Shown in pieces: positions 37,951 to 51,127 of a stretch of 64,000 nt of DNA. Position 1 is the first letter of the stretch, and every line of letters starts with the position of its first letter. The translations under genes and the position numbers were made by a program. The notes under the pieces were generated by a model, which was given only the letters and a program-made list of their open reading frames with translations, had not been told where the DNA came from and did no database searches. Source of the DNA: Octopus sinensis (taxonomy: Eukaryota); the NCBI RefSeq assembly GCF_006345805.1, contig NC_043003.1, positions 52,142,001 to 52,206,000 on the forward strand, read 5' to 3'.

Positions 37951-38959
37951 TGAGGAAAGTCCAATAGAAAGGAAGATGGAGAAAGAAAATCACCAACAAT
38001 TCACATGTGGTTACATTGAGTGAGTAGACAAACAAAAGAAGGGAGCTCAACACATTTATTGGGAGTTACATGTATAGATCAAGACAGTTTGATTCAGCAC
38101 CCTTTGTACTCTGAGTTTCAAGCGTGTGGCAAAGTCTTCGGCCATTGGGGTTTGAATGAGAATTCGATTGAAGATAATCAATGTTTACTACTGGACATTA
38201 GCCTGCGATTGGTAGGGAATGGTCACGCGGTATAGCAGTCTGGTGTTGGTATTTCAGCGACAGCAATTAGTTGGAAAATACCGCATGGTGAGCAGGAAAT
38301 CGACTACGTGTTGAACAGGAAATCGACCGCGTGGTAGACAAGAAATCGGTCGTGTGGCTGGGGGGAAGTAGGTACGAGCGGTAGATGTGAGGGTGTATAT
38401 GTATATATGTATATGCCCATATATCTGCGTGTATGCATCCGAGCTTATACGAGTATGCGTGCTTAGATGTGCACTCACACATCCACGTGCACGCGTACGC
38501 ACTCACACAGACACACACACGCGAAGGCACACACGTACACGCGCACACATACGCACACACACATACACGCGCATACACACACACAGGGACACACGCATAC
38601 ACATACACACGCTGCACACCTTTATATCCATGTACATATGCATACAAGCACGCACACAAGCGCGTGCACACGCAAGTGTACGCGTGTACATATATGCACA
38701 CGCACAGGTGCACATGTACACCCTTGCACACACATCCGTGCGCATGCATACGGTAAGCAGATGCATATGCGCACTTACGCACATCCACAGGCGCACACAT
38801 ATGCGTGTGGTCATGTATAAGGGGTGATGTACGACGAGTGAGAGTTGAGGGTAGACAGGCATGGAGAAGTGTTGGGTATTGGTGATTTGTGATGCTGTTC
38901 GTGAGGGTTAATTTGTGACGGTGACCCTGATACAGGCGGTACCAGAGGTGGCTGGTACT

Positions 38960-39198
38960 AAGGAGATATACTAAGGTTGTCGGTGGCCAGTGGCTTGAAA
39001 TTTACCAGAAAGGTCTACCTCTGGAGACAGCAATACAATACCCCTTCTTTCTTGTTGATAGATACTGCGGGTTGGTAGATGATATGCAGTTTTTCGCAGA
39101 GGCACAGCAGGCAATTAGGGGCGCTGCGTGAATATAGTGGCGGCCTGTCAACAATAGTCCACTTGATGCTGCTTGTTTCGTCTCGGAGGTCACGAAGT
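38960..39198 (-). mobile_element. PLE GIY-YIG C-terminal fragment
   Basis: IKWTIVDRPPLYSRSAPNCLLCLCEKLHII..INKKEGVLYCCLQR*TFLVNFK. Confidence 0.8.
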
Positions 39199-39220
39199 CT
39201 CTAGAGAAAATGAGGCAGGG

Positions 39221-39750
39221 AAGTGGAGTTCCTTTTGTCCTTGGATCTAAATATTACCCCCACAAGAAGCCTAATGAAGAAACAGTATATATCCACAAAG
39301 TCAACTGCCCCACTCGCTGTAATTAGAAACCTGGTTTCAGGCATTAGCAAATGGGTGTCTAAACTCTCAGCCAATATGGGGTTCTTTAACAAGGCTTCCC
39401 CCACTACAACGATGCTTTGACTAGGAGTGGATTTTCTGAGAAACTCATGTATGTGGACGAACCCCAACCCCTCTCTCCTCATCCCAAGAGAATTAGGAAA
39501 AGGAAAATAATCTGGTATAACCCACCCATTTAACCTAGAAGGTTCTACCAACGTAGCCAGGGGCTTCCTGTCGTTAATAAAGAAGCCCCATAATGTCGCG
39601 GTAAGCTACTCCTGCTTAGACAACATCGTATCTAACATCACACACATCAACAGACATAAAAACGCACCTACACAACCCCCGACCCCAACCTGCAACTTCC
39701 GAAACTCTACCACCTGCCTCTCGAGTACTGTAGTATACAGAGCCACCAAC
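39221..39750 (+). mobile_element. PLE thumb/linker to GIY-YIG N-terminal fragment, inverted relative to 38960-39198
   Basis: LDLN..NLVSGISKWVSKLSAN, RKRKIIWYNPP, VSYSCLDNI, TCNFRNSTTC and VVYRAT. Confidence 0.8.
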
Positions 39751-39895
39751 TGACCCTCCTATACTCTCTAGTCTACAAAATCAAAAACAAACAATGCGCA
39801 TGCACAAAATTAAAAATATAAAATGGTGACAATTTACCCATCACACCCTATATACATACATAAATACATAAATACATACATACATGCATACATAC

Positions 39896-39926
<31 letters not shown>

Positions 39927-39962
39927 CATACATACATACATACATACATACATACATACATG

Positions 39963-40245
39963 CACATTAAGAACAGGACATCACTAACGAGTGAAAAATA
40001 CGTAAACACACAACGAGAGATAAGTACGGGGAAAATACCGAAAGAAGTTTAACCCCTCCTCAGTTGTCAACTGTGATATTACTCCCTGTTTCGTGCTTTT
40101 AACGACAAGACAGGAGTAATGTCACCGTCAACAACAAGAACGGGTTAAACTTCTTTTGGTATTTTTCCCGTATTTTTCCCGTATTTATCTCTCGTTGTGT
40201 GTTTACGTATTTTTCATATGTTGGTAATTTCCTGTTCTTAATGTG
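39963..40245. mobile_element. Fold-back element (~283 bp)
   Basis: CACATTAAGAACAGGA/TCCTGTTCTTAATGTG termini; inner arms TGAAAAATACGTAAACACACAACGAGAGATAA and GTGATATTACTCC; loop ~40102-40108. Confidence 0.8.
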
Positions 40246-40337
40246 TATTTTTTTCATTTATTTAATAATTAAACACCACGCAGACTTTGTCAACAGTAAA
40301 TTTTTACATTTATATATATATATAATTTTTATTGAGT

Positions 40338-40671
40338 GGAGGCGCATGGCTCAGTGGTTAGAGCGTCGAGCTTACGATCGTGAGGTTGTGAGTTCGAATC
40401 CCGGACCGGGCTGCGTGTTGTGTTCTTGAGCAAAGCACTTTATTTCACGTTGCTCCAGTTCACTCAGCTGTAGAAATGAGTTGCGACGTCACTGGTGCCA
40501 AGCTGTATCGACCTTTGTCTTTCCCTTGGATAACACTGGTGGCGTGGAGAGGGGAGGCCGGTATGCATGGGCGACTACTGGTCTTCCATAAAAACAACCT
40601 TGCCCAGACTTGTGCCTCAGAGGGTAACTCTCTAGGTGCAAACCCATGGTCACTCATGACCGAAGGGGGTC
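40338..40671 (+). mobile_element. tRNA(Arg)-like SINE, CORE-like centre
   Basis: GGCGCATGGCTCAGTGGTTAGAGCG, loop TTACGAT (ACG), GAGTTCGAATCCC, TTCTTGAGCAAAGCACTT. Confidence 0.8.
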
Positions 40672-40699
40672 TATATAATTTTTATTGTATTTATATTTG

Positions 40700-40986
40700 T
40701 GTAACTTTGCCCGTTTTTTCTGTCCTTGTTTTTGTATACATTCGCTGCTTTCTTCCAAGGAATCTAATGTTCTTAGCTTAGTTTTTCCTTGGGGCTGGCC
40801 AGATTGGAGCAATCTCAAGAATAATCAGCCGAAATTCGAAATTGCGAGGATAATCTGGTGCTTGACTGGGGAAAGAAAACTTCGAATGACCCGTCCTTGT
40901 TTTCTTTGTATCGTCTATCTGGATGTTTTGTTTCCCTTTTTGCATCACCTAGCTGTCCGGATGTTTTGCGTTCTTGTTCCATTTTG

Positions 40987-40990
<4 letters not shown>
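40700..40990 (+). repeat. Unclassified repeat, 3' part repeated at 58381-58500
   Basis: Shared AATCAGCCGAAATTGCGAGGATAATCTGGTGCTTGACTG..GAAAGAAAACTTC.AATGACCCGTCCTTG. Confidence 0.75.
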
Positions 40991-41077
<87 letters not shown>

Positions 41078-41299
41078 ATATATATATATGCAAAGCTCGT
41101 ACACAATTGTTGGATATCGTGGAATTTCTCCTGCCAATGGATTTACATCAGGATGTATGTCGAAGGTGTCAGAACAATTGTAGTGATTTTAAATAATGTA
41201 ATTAATTCTATTTTCTACTTTCTATCATCTGTGTGTGTGTATCAATAAAAACTCATCCTTGCACATATACATATGCGCATACTAAAAATTTAGTATCCA

Positions 41300-42400
41300 G
41301 TATAAGCAAACGAATGTCGAACTTTTCATCTGACAAGGAAATACTGAATAAAGCCGTGCCTGTTCTCATTGCACTAGCGTACTATCAAGAAGTGCTTCAG
41401 TGAAATTTTTGAAGAATATGAGACAACTCACTTACAAAGAACAAACCTAGAAGCAGAAACTTAACGAAACCTTCAAACATACCAGGGGACTTCCTATTCC
41501 TGATAAACTTACCATTCCTCACAACACACGTGCAACAATATTTTCTACAAAACCTGCATCAAAGCCTGCTGTAGCTTTGAAAATAAAATAAACTCTGAAA
41601 TCTCTCATCATAACCCAAACTTTGGAAGTTATACAGCACCCCAACGAACTGAAATGCATCAACCAGCCTTCTTTATGGAAAGTGTATATCGAGGTCGTTT
41701 GTGTATAAAACCATTGTAGTGACAGCATATAGTAGAATGAAGGCATTTTAGGGCTTGTAGAAAACGCTTTAAAAACCTATAATGCACAGCATGTGCATTA
41801 ATCATATCCAGGGTAGAATCAATTCAACATCACTGTTCCAATATATCGGGAAACTCAAAAGAAGAAGCGTTGACAACATCTGAATAAAAGGAAGCATTGT
41901 CAACTTATATACCTATTTCTTTACTACCCACAAGGGCTAAAACACAGAGAGGACAAACAAGGAAATACAAACGGATTAAGTCGATTATATCGACCCAGTG
42001 CGTAACTGGTACTTAATTTATCGACCCCGAAAGAATGAAGGGCAAAGTCGACCTCAGCGGAATTTGAACTAAGAACGTAACGGCAGACGAAATACGGTTA
42101 CGCATTTTTTCGCCCGGCGTGCTAACGTTTCTGCCAGCTCGCCGATTGTCAACTTATATACCATTTAGCCTATGAACTGCAAAGAATATAGTATTTTAAC
42201 AGCAACAAATAACATCCTACACAGAAGAGATTAGCTATTCTACATATTTCCCTATATGACTTTGAATAAATTAATATACAGTTGTATCTAAATTAGTGTT
42301 TAATATGTAGAATAATCTCCTCTTTGGATCTAAGAATCTATTACATAACCTCGTTGAGGAGCTTCCGCTATGAACATGAAGAACATACAGTTAGCTCTCC
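41300..42400 (+). mobile_element. PLE 3' relic interrupted by a SINE
   Basis: FSSDKEILNKAVP, YGKCISRSFVYKTIV..FLGLVENALK, ALSTYI. Confidence 0.65.
41914..42144 (-). mobile_element. SINE family A
   Basis: 18-bp TSD ATTGTCAACTTATATACC (41896-41913 / 42145-42162). Confidence 0.93.
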
Positions 42401-42773
42401 AGTAATTCATCTTATATATACTAGGACACAACCGTCACATCATCGTTTGTGAACTACTGTAAAACAATAAGAAGCACAAGAAACAAGGGCTTAGGACGAA
42501 GTAAAAGAAGAATAAAAATAACTGAAAGAAACAAAATGAAACACTAGAAGAGAATAATGGAGCATGACTTGAAGCACAAAGATTAAGAATCACTGAAAGG
42601 CAGCAGAAAAATCCCACAATCAGTTTAAACGGGTACTACCCCCACTTAATATTAGCTGAAAGCTATGATTAATTGCAGAGGAACCCCGATTTCGTCTCTC
42701 GAACGAAAGACCTGGGAAACCTATGTAAGCAATCACTGCTTTCAGTTAATATTTATGTATATGTAGTGTGTGA

Positions 42774-42804
<31 letters not shown>

Positions 42805-42888
42805 TGTATGTATGTATGTATGTATGTATGTATGTATGTATGTATGTATGTATGTATGTATGTATATCGCATTCTCTCTCTCTCTCTC

Positions 42889-42937
<49 letters not shown>

Positions 42938-43092
42938 ATCTATCTAACTATCTATCTTTTCCCAACTATTCATTAACAGCCACCTGGTGCGTACATTTCT
43001 GCCGTTAAGTTTACCTCTTGCTCCACCCAAACTCCTGCCGTTCCATCAATTCCCAACCTTGCCGCCGCCGCTACCACCACCACCACCAACAA

Positions 43093-43151
<59 letters not shown>

Positions 43152-43679
43152 TCCTGATCACTAACACCTCTATCATTACCACCGCTACTAATACTGTAAT
43201 ATCTACCACAATTTCTCTGGAACTAAACAACGCAAGACAGCTTCTTTGAATTCGTTCGACCTGCTAGAATTAGCAAACAAATTTACTCCTAAATCACAAC
43301 CTACCCATCTCAAGAAAAAGCAAAGACATATTAGAGTAGTTCTAAGATTCGTCTGAATTACAGCATGGTCATGGGTGGAACGCCTTTGATTATAGGTCTA
43401 CTGAACCAGAGTTGACTTAGTCACCAACACAATCATCACATCCGATAGCATCAACAACGAGAATGCCTCTACGTGGTTGTTCGAGCTGCTAGAAATAGCA
43501 GTCAAATCTTCTTCAAATCACATCCTACCGTCTTAAGATAACGAAGATGGGAAAGTAGGAAATAATGTACTCCTACGTTTACCCAAAACAACTGGACGGC
43601 CATAACTGGAATGCCTTTGATCAATGTTCCATCGCTGTTGAATTTGCTCTAAACATGACTATCATCGTAAATCCTCAAC

Positions 43680-44484
43680 AGACTACCATCTCTACCACCA
43701 TCTCCACCACCACCACCAACACCCCCACCTCCCATCATTGCCACAGCCGAACAACATCACTGCCGCCGCCGCCGCCGCCTCCACTGCTTTCACCAATTCC
43801 ACCACCACTACCATCATCATTACAGCCACCACCCACTCCGCCAACACCAGCATCATTATTACCACCACTAGCAACAACATTACCATTACTACCACCATTA
43901 CCACTACCATGACAGCAACCATCACCACCACCACGGTAATGATAACCACCTCCATCACCATCGCCATCACACCACTGTCATCACACCACCGTCACCACCG
44001 CCATCACCATCAACATCACCACCACCGTTATCATCACAACATCGACAACAAGCATCACCATCACTACCACCGCCACCACCACCACCACCACCACGATCAA
44101 CGCCATCACACACCCATCATCTCCACAAACCATTTAAACTACCACCAGCGCCGCAACCACCACCAACATCTCCACAACGATGACTACCAGCAACATCACA
44201 CCACCATTGTCGCCAGCACCATCTCCACTACCATTAACATCGTTACAAGGACGAAACCACTACCGCAGCCACCACTATCATCCATCCATACCACCGCCTA
44301 CAACACCACCATTGCAACAATAACAGCAACAACAACAATACCTCCTGGCTACCATATTCTCCTAGTAGCATGTCTGTTCTGTAGATTAGTGTTGACGACA
44401 CCGTGAGACAAGAGCTTTATTTTTATCTTTTGGTATGTCTTACTACAAACACTGCCACCACTACCACCACTACCACTACTACTT

Positions 44485-44529
<45 letters not shown>

Positions 44530-45260
44530 TCACAAGCACACTAGAACCACTACTTCCACCGCTAGCATCACTACAGCCATCACCGTCGCCACTATCTCAA
44601 ACATCAACATTACTATACATACACTATAACTGGCTCTCCGTCGGTTACGACGACGAGTGTTCCAGTTGATCCGATCAACGGAACAGCCTGCTCGTGAAAT
44701 TAACGTGCAAGTGGTTGAGCACACCACAGACACGTGTACCTTTGACGTAGTTCTCTGGGCGATTCAGCGTGACACAGAATGTGACAAGGCTGGCCCTTTG
44801 AAACGGACTGGAGTAACGTGAGATAAAGTGTCTTGTTTAAGGGCTCAACACGACGCCAGGTATTGAACTCACGCCCTTAATATCTTGAGCTGATTACTCT
44901 AACCACTTCGCCACGCGCCTTCAACTCCCTTCTATATACTACCAATACCAACGTTACACATACCATCACCAGCGCCACGAAAACAGTTACCGTTACTATA
45001 AAACTATCATCACCGACTCCCCCACCATCACCACCAACTCCAATATTATCAATACCACTATCACCACCACTATAGCCTACACCACCACTATAGCCTACAC
45101 CACCACCATTATAATTACCACCGTCACGACGACAACGGCCACCATCATTATCACTGACACTACCACCACGACCACCACAAACTCTACCACCATCATTCCA
45201 CCATTATGACCCCAACCACCATCACAACCACCATCACAAACACCGTCACCGCCATCACAA
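43680..45260. repeat. (ACC/CAT/ACT)-rich low-complexity blocks
   Basis: Direct reading. Confidence 0.9.
44631..44923 (-). mobile_element. SINE family F
   Basis: Minus-strand head GGCGCGTGGCGAAGTGGTTAG, B-box GAGTTCAATACC; tail as in 601-889. Confidence 0.8.
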
Positions 45261-45284
45261 CTACCGATATTTTAGCATGGAGGA

Positions 45285-45540
45285 AGAATCTGTGCTCATA
45301 ATCTTCGTAAATCCACCGAGACAAGTGTGAATGGTATTGTTAGTGTTCTTGAACATCTCTAAGTCAAGGATGTCGAGAAGAACACAAACATTGAGGGACT
45401 TCCGGTTTGTGGATCTTCTGGGAAGAAAGGAATGGGCGTGGTGGCTAACGCAGGACTCAGTATGAGACGAGTTGAATGAAGGAGATGGGAAAGTGTATAT
45501 CAAGGTCGTTTGTGCGTAAAACCAATAATGCATGGATGTG
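45285..45540 (+). mobile_element. PLE fragment
   Basis: DGKCISRSFV, a nucleotide match to 41665-41715. Confidence 0.5.
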
Positions 45541-45599
45541 GCATGAGACCAACTAGGTTCGAGGAACTAAGGCTTCTGAAATGGTTAAGAGAAGCAACA

Positions 45600-46285
45600 G
45601 CACGCCCGTGAACTTGAGGCTTGAGTGTGTTGGTGAGTGACTTTATGATAACTAATCAAATGGTTATCTTTCATGAGGTCTTGGATGTATTAACATATTG
45701 TAGCAACAATATTCTTAATGTAGAAGCAATGAAGGGAGTCTCGCTTGTAATCCGGATAGAATAACTGCAGATTTCTCGATAGTTTCAGCATAGATATTCT
45801 CTTTTTCATTGATCTTCAGCTTCATGTTAACATCCGCTGGGCAGCTAATTTCCTCATCTGTACACAGTTTCTCATCTCTATCCCAAATCATAATATCAGG
45901 TCTGTTGTGCTTATATATATACATACATACATATATATATACATACATACACACATATATACATACATGTGTGTGTGTGTTCGTCCGTGGAAGTGACGGG
46001 AGCAGTTTGGTCATCCTCAAAGATGACTGGTGACTTGCAGGGTCACTGTTTAAAATGAAGAGATGCGTACCGCCAACTGCATTCTCTCGTCCGTAATTAT
46101 CTTTAATCCATTGGTAAGACCAACTCAAGACGACTGGCGATGGAGACGAATGACCAAGATATCTTACTTGCCTCATCTTGCTCTCTGCACTCCACTTACT
46201 TTGCTGCACCCATTTTCCCCTCGGATGAACCATGAAAGTTTCTTCCATAAAGTCTGCTGGTTCCAATTTTCACATGCATAGATAG
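45600..46285 (-). mobile_element. R4-clade non-LTR relic (REL endonuclease end)
   Basis: HNRPDIMIWDRDEKLC..EISCPADVNMKLKINEKENIY. Confidence 0.8.
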
Positions 46286-46583
46286 GTAGGCAAGCCCTAA
46301 TATGCTAATTAACCCATTAATTAATGGCCGTCTCTAAGAGAAGGCCACTCTGATATAAAAATACAGGGAATGGCATTGGACTTTTTGGGGACCTTTGGTT
46401 TGTGCTAGAGATCATGGCGCTCCCACATCCCTGAGCCTGCGACTCATATTGGCACCCGACATCTTGCTCTGGCTTGTCTCTGGATAATGTCAATAAAGTG
46501 GAGAGGGTCTATGAGGTGTCATGCAAACCTTATTGGACCTAAAATTCTGCATAGGCATTGCTGACCTCTGTATATGTATGTAA

Positions 46584-48047
46584 ATGGGCATGGAATTTGG
46601 CCAAAAGAAAGAACGAGGAAAGTCAGTCCCCCAAACCCCAAACTTGTGCATTAACGGCCTCTCTATCTCCCCTGTTCCACACAAAGAATGTTACAAGTGC
46701 CTAGGAATAGACGAAAATGTATCATATGAAGGCACTGTGAATAAAGATAGAGTGACCCGAGAATATTACACCAGACTTAGAAAAATATGGCAGTCGGAAC
46801 TCTCCTCTTACAACAAAACAATATCCCACAATGCATTTGCAGTACCAGTGCTGATACCAACATTTGGGATACTTGATTGGTCTGTAGAAGAAATTCACTC
46901 CATAGATTTAAAAACCCGCAAAATCCTGACAACAACTGGGAACTTCCACAGAAACAGTGATGTTGACAGGCTCTACCTAAGAAGAAATGAAGGTAGTAGA
47001 GGCCTGATATCAGTGCAGACGGCTTTCAAATGCCGTATGGTATCACTTAGGCAGCACCTGCTAAACAACAGCAGCAAAAATAAATATATTAATGCAGTCC
47101 TGAAAAGTGAAGTAAGCAACATTGTACAAGTTGGCAGTGAACTCCACAAGAAACACTCTCTTTCTGATGATCTCCCATACAGCCCCAAAATAGCTGGACT
47201 CTTTTACCTCAGAGAAGACCTGGAGAGAAAGTACTCAGCATCCAAAAAAAGACCATGCATGGGTATGTTGCTCGGATGCTTGAAAAAGACAGTAGAATTG
47301 ATACGAAGCGCAGCCTCTCTTGGACACAAGACCACTACATCACATCATACTGGGAAGACTATGTGTTTGCAATCCAGTAACAGGAGATTACCACAAAGTA
47401 CCTGGTGAACGAGAGAAACAGTGACGCACTTTTAATCCCAAGGTGCAACCGCATGTGTAGGCTATGTTATATTTCTGTGGAAGACATTACGCATGTGATT
47501 AGCAGCTGTCCTAAAATGTCGTCACGGTACTACCTTCCTATGCGGCACGATGTTGTTGCTAAAACAATTTACAATGCCATCCACAAAAATGACTGTCCTG
47601 AAATAAACTTAGAAAATCCCTCTGTTATGGAATACATTCATAAACACCAACTCAAGGCATACTCGTGGAAATATTCCCATCAAAACGTCTGTCAAATGCA
47701 AGCATAAGAGGCTGGATTTTGCTGTTTGGGACAGAGGGGCAATGGTACGTATCATCATAGAGGTTAGCTGCCCTGCAAGTATAAATATCTCTTTGAAAAT
47801 CAAAGAAAAAGAGGATATTTATGGGCAACTGCTTGGAAACCTCCAGCTTCTATAACCATACTATGAATTCATATTCATACCAATAATAATTGTAGTACTA
47901 GGTTTTGTTAGTAAATGCTTAAAGGAGAATTTGGATAAACTGGGATTTTCAGAAAGAGAAACTGACCGGCTGATAAGTACATTACAAATGTAATCTGTGA
48001 GTGGAACAGTAAAAATATGCAAGACTTTTCTGAAGTTCAAAATGTGA
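46584..48047 (+). mobile_element. R4/Dong-clade non-LTR retrotransposon, 5' truncated and frameshifted (RT end, CCHC, REL endonuclease)
   Basis: MGMEFG, YKCLGI, DRLYLRRNEGSRGL, CRLCYISVEDITHVISSC, YLPMRHDVVA, IIIEVSCP, KICKTFLKF*. Confidence 0.92.
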
Positions 48048-48179
48048 ATTTGTTTGTGTTAACTACATCCCAAAGATGGAGCTCTGTATCTTTGTTGGAA
48101 ACCGGTTACCTCCTCAGTGGAAGATTTATAATAATTAAAAAAATAGAAGAGGCATATACATACATACATATCATACCAG

Positions 48180-48320
48180 CCTAATTGGAGCAAAGTATGG
48201 CCGAACTTGGGATCATGAAAAGAGAGTGGAAAGCCTTAATTCATACTCTACAAACGATCACGATATCAGAGATTATAAAAATCTGCAAGACCCTCTCAAG
48301 ATTTAAAGATGGTGATTAAA
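48180..48320 (+). mobile_element. Second R4-like C-terminal fragment
   Basis: ELGIM..LIHTLQTITISEIIKICKTLSRFK parallels the end of 46584-48047. Confidence 0.6.
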
Positions 48321-48637
48321 ACAAGATGCTTTTCTTCACAACCTTGCTACCAAGTAGGTGACTGATCAAAATTTACTCTGAATTAAAAAGAGAAAGAGAA
48401 TACATACATACATACATGCATACATACATAGATACATACATACATACATACATACATACATACATACATACATACATACATACATACATGCACATACATA
48501 CGTATATGCACATACATACATATATGCACATACATACATATACATACATACATACATACATACATACATACATACATACATACATACATACATACATACA
48601 TACATACATACATGATGTTTGCATCATCTTGCTAGAT

Positions 48638-49041
48638 CACAGATTTCCAACCAGTTTGCAGCGGCGCCCTGGGGTGCCGCGAGAGCGACCGAAGGGTGCT
48701 GCGAAATATACATACGTATGTGGAATCATGATTGATCATTTAGAGGTCAAAAATACATTTTGATTACATTTTAACAATAAATATTATTGTCATCTTATAT
48801 TTTGTATTGTTTTCTGCTTTATGCTTATTATATCAACATTAGTGAAATAAAGAAAATTCTTTTATTATCAATTCCAGGGACAGAGTTTTCGTACACAGAT
48901 GTTATTATCCAGGGACAGAGTTTGTTATATTGATGTAGAATCAAAAAACAACTGTCATATTAGATTTTCTGATAGGGGTGCCATGGATTTCTGAAAGGCT
49001 TGACAAGGGTGCCTCGAGACAGAAAAGGTGGAGATACTGTG
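48638..49041. mobile_element. hAT (Buster-like) MITE
   Basis: Perfect 8-bp TSD TGCTAGAT (48630-48637 / 49042-49049, nnnTAnnn); TIRs CACAGATTTCCAACC / GGTGGAGATACTGTG. Confidence 0.8.
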
Positions 49042-49149
49042 TGCTAGATGATAGCCGTCTCACATTCAGACCAAGAAATAAAATGAAACTGAGACATCCA
49101 TACATCACTAGATTTAAGTGACAAAAACTTGTACAACGCTTTTGTTATT

Positions 49150-50893
49150 TATGCCATGGGCTAGTCAGGGTCATGGTTCCACCCCACCCCACCCCCCTTT
49201 TGATTTGTTGTAATGGGTATTTTCATGTAGCCTGGGTCTAACAAGTCAGAAAATTGATGATGCCAGCAAAAGACTGTCTTGTTCTCATCATTTGCAAGAA
49301 AGACTTTCCAGTCTTTCAGACGCTCTGTTTTCTCACCACTCAGGATGTGCTTGTCTCCAACACCTCGTCTGTTTCGTTCCACTCCTTTTACAAAGTCTTC
49401 CTTGTACATGTCAGTGCTAAATATGACAGGTGACAGGTAAATAGCAGATCCTAACACCTTACGAGATATTTCCCCGAATGTTTGTGGAATCTCACGCAAG
49501 CAATGGAACACTGCATTTCCATCCTCTATGATGAAGCTCTGTCTTGGATCAGGTAACTGTGCATCATCACACTTGCACATGTTTGAAGCCTTTCGATTTG
49601 TCTGTTTTTGCTAAAAAAAATCCATCTGCCAATCTAATGCTGTATGGAATAGAAGTCAATGGGTATGTCAACAGTTTGTCAAGGTCAAGTTTTCAATCAA
49701 TCTGTGCTTGAGACTTCACTAATAAGTGAAACGCTATGTTTCCCTGCAGCTTGTACTCGACAACTTTGCTTCGAGAAGTTAAGAGTTTCACAGACTTGTG
49801 CAGGTGTGCCATGGTTTTCAAATTTGGACGTTTCATAGGATCAAAGAAGCCATCTTTCTTCATTGGTCTGTTTTCTATGAAGTCTTCCTTTGCTAGCCTA
49901 CCAACAGTCTCAGCAGTGAGGACATCCTTCGCAACTTCTGAAACCGGAGCGCCGGATGATAGATTGCACAACTTTCCATCATCTGGGATGTTGAAAGGGT
50001 TCTTGAAGCACTTGACAGCTGCAATGGTCATTGAGACAAGTTTCTCGCTAGTCGCAATTTCACAAGGGCGAACATTCCGATGTTACAGTCCTTTATCTTC
50101 TTCATCAGACATTCTCGCTAGACAAAATGTAGCCTGAAGGAATTTGTCTCGTTCTTTACCTGATTTTGTCCATCTTTAATTTCATAACGACCCTGTATAA
50201 CAAACTGCTAGGTCATATTTTGTTTACTTTTGACTTCAACAACCTCTTTAATGAAAATATTTGCATAACTTGATGTTTCATTTTATAGATCGACTCAAAT
50301 ATCATCTTCTGTAGTTATTTACAATGATTCAAGGGAGGATTCCAAAGTACCTCTTGCTAGATTTTGCCTTATTCAGCCACATTCATCAGTACGTGCAAAA
50401 CAGTGTGCAAAAGCGCAGAAATATCTCACATTACACGGGTGAACACTATTTCTTTTCATTTTTTTTTTACTTCTAGTATTAAAGAGCACATGTAAACCTT
50501 CCTTTTGATTAATTTTCAATAAACAAAAAACGTTATATGGTCTTGGTGAAAAATAAAACCCGTGAATGTGAGATATTATAGGTAAAGGTCAAAGTTTGTA
50601 ACCTTTTGACCTCTGGTGACCTTTTTACAGAATAGATTTGCCTATCATTTGCTTGAACTTGTAGATCTTCACCAGGCAATTATTTTCAGTGGTCATTTGA
50701 AATATTTTGGCGAAGATTTGCAAAATTAAAGTTCGTTTGAATTTTCCATACCCCTAATTTTCTGCCTCCAGCAGTAAAAGTGGGCATAGTCAAAAAGACT
50801 ACTGGGGATATCTTCCACCCCAATTTTTTTTGCTGGTAAAAAGTAAATCACAAGGGGTGGGGTGAACCATGACCTTCACTGGCCCTTGGCCTA
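49150..50893 (-). mobile_element. Internally deleted Academ-like DNA transposon with an XPG/PIN-region remnant
   Basis: ~50-bp TIRs TA(T/G)GCCA.GGGC.AGT.A.GGTCATGGTTC.ACCCCACCCC; ORF remnants NPF..LCNLSSG, FFDPMKR, IEDGNAVFH, ERNRRG and DWKVFLANDENK. The superfamily call is from motif resemblance. Confidence 0.6.
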
Positions 50894-51127
50894 ACTCTCT
50901 CGGTTGCCATAGTAAATTCCAGTGGCAAGCATTAGAAGATGACTGGTACTCGTTCGACTGCAAATTCTATGTCAGAGTAACTTCCTCTCAGAAGAGCTGC
51001 CTTCCCCCACGGCTTTCTCAAATATAACAAGAGTGTCCTCTACATACATACATACATACATACATACATACATACATACATACATACATACATACAACAT
51101 ACATACATACATACATACTACATACAT

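Noticed and set aside
40785-40890. GGCTG..CAGCC-GAAA three-way junction and CTG(A/G)GGA-AAG..CTTC-GAA in the unclassified repeat (also 58381-58450)
   Set aside because: The first lacks the CTGANGA strand; the second lacks a valid stem I/III register.
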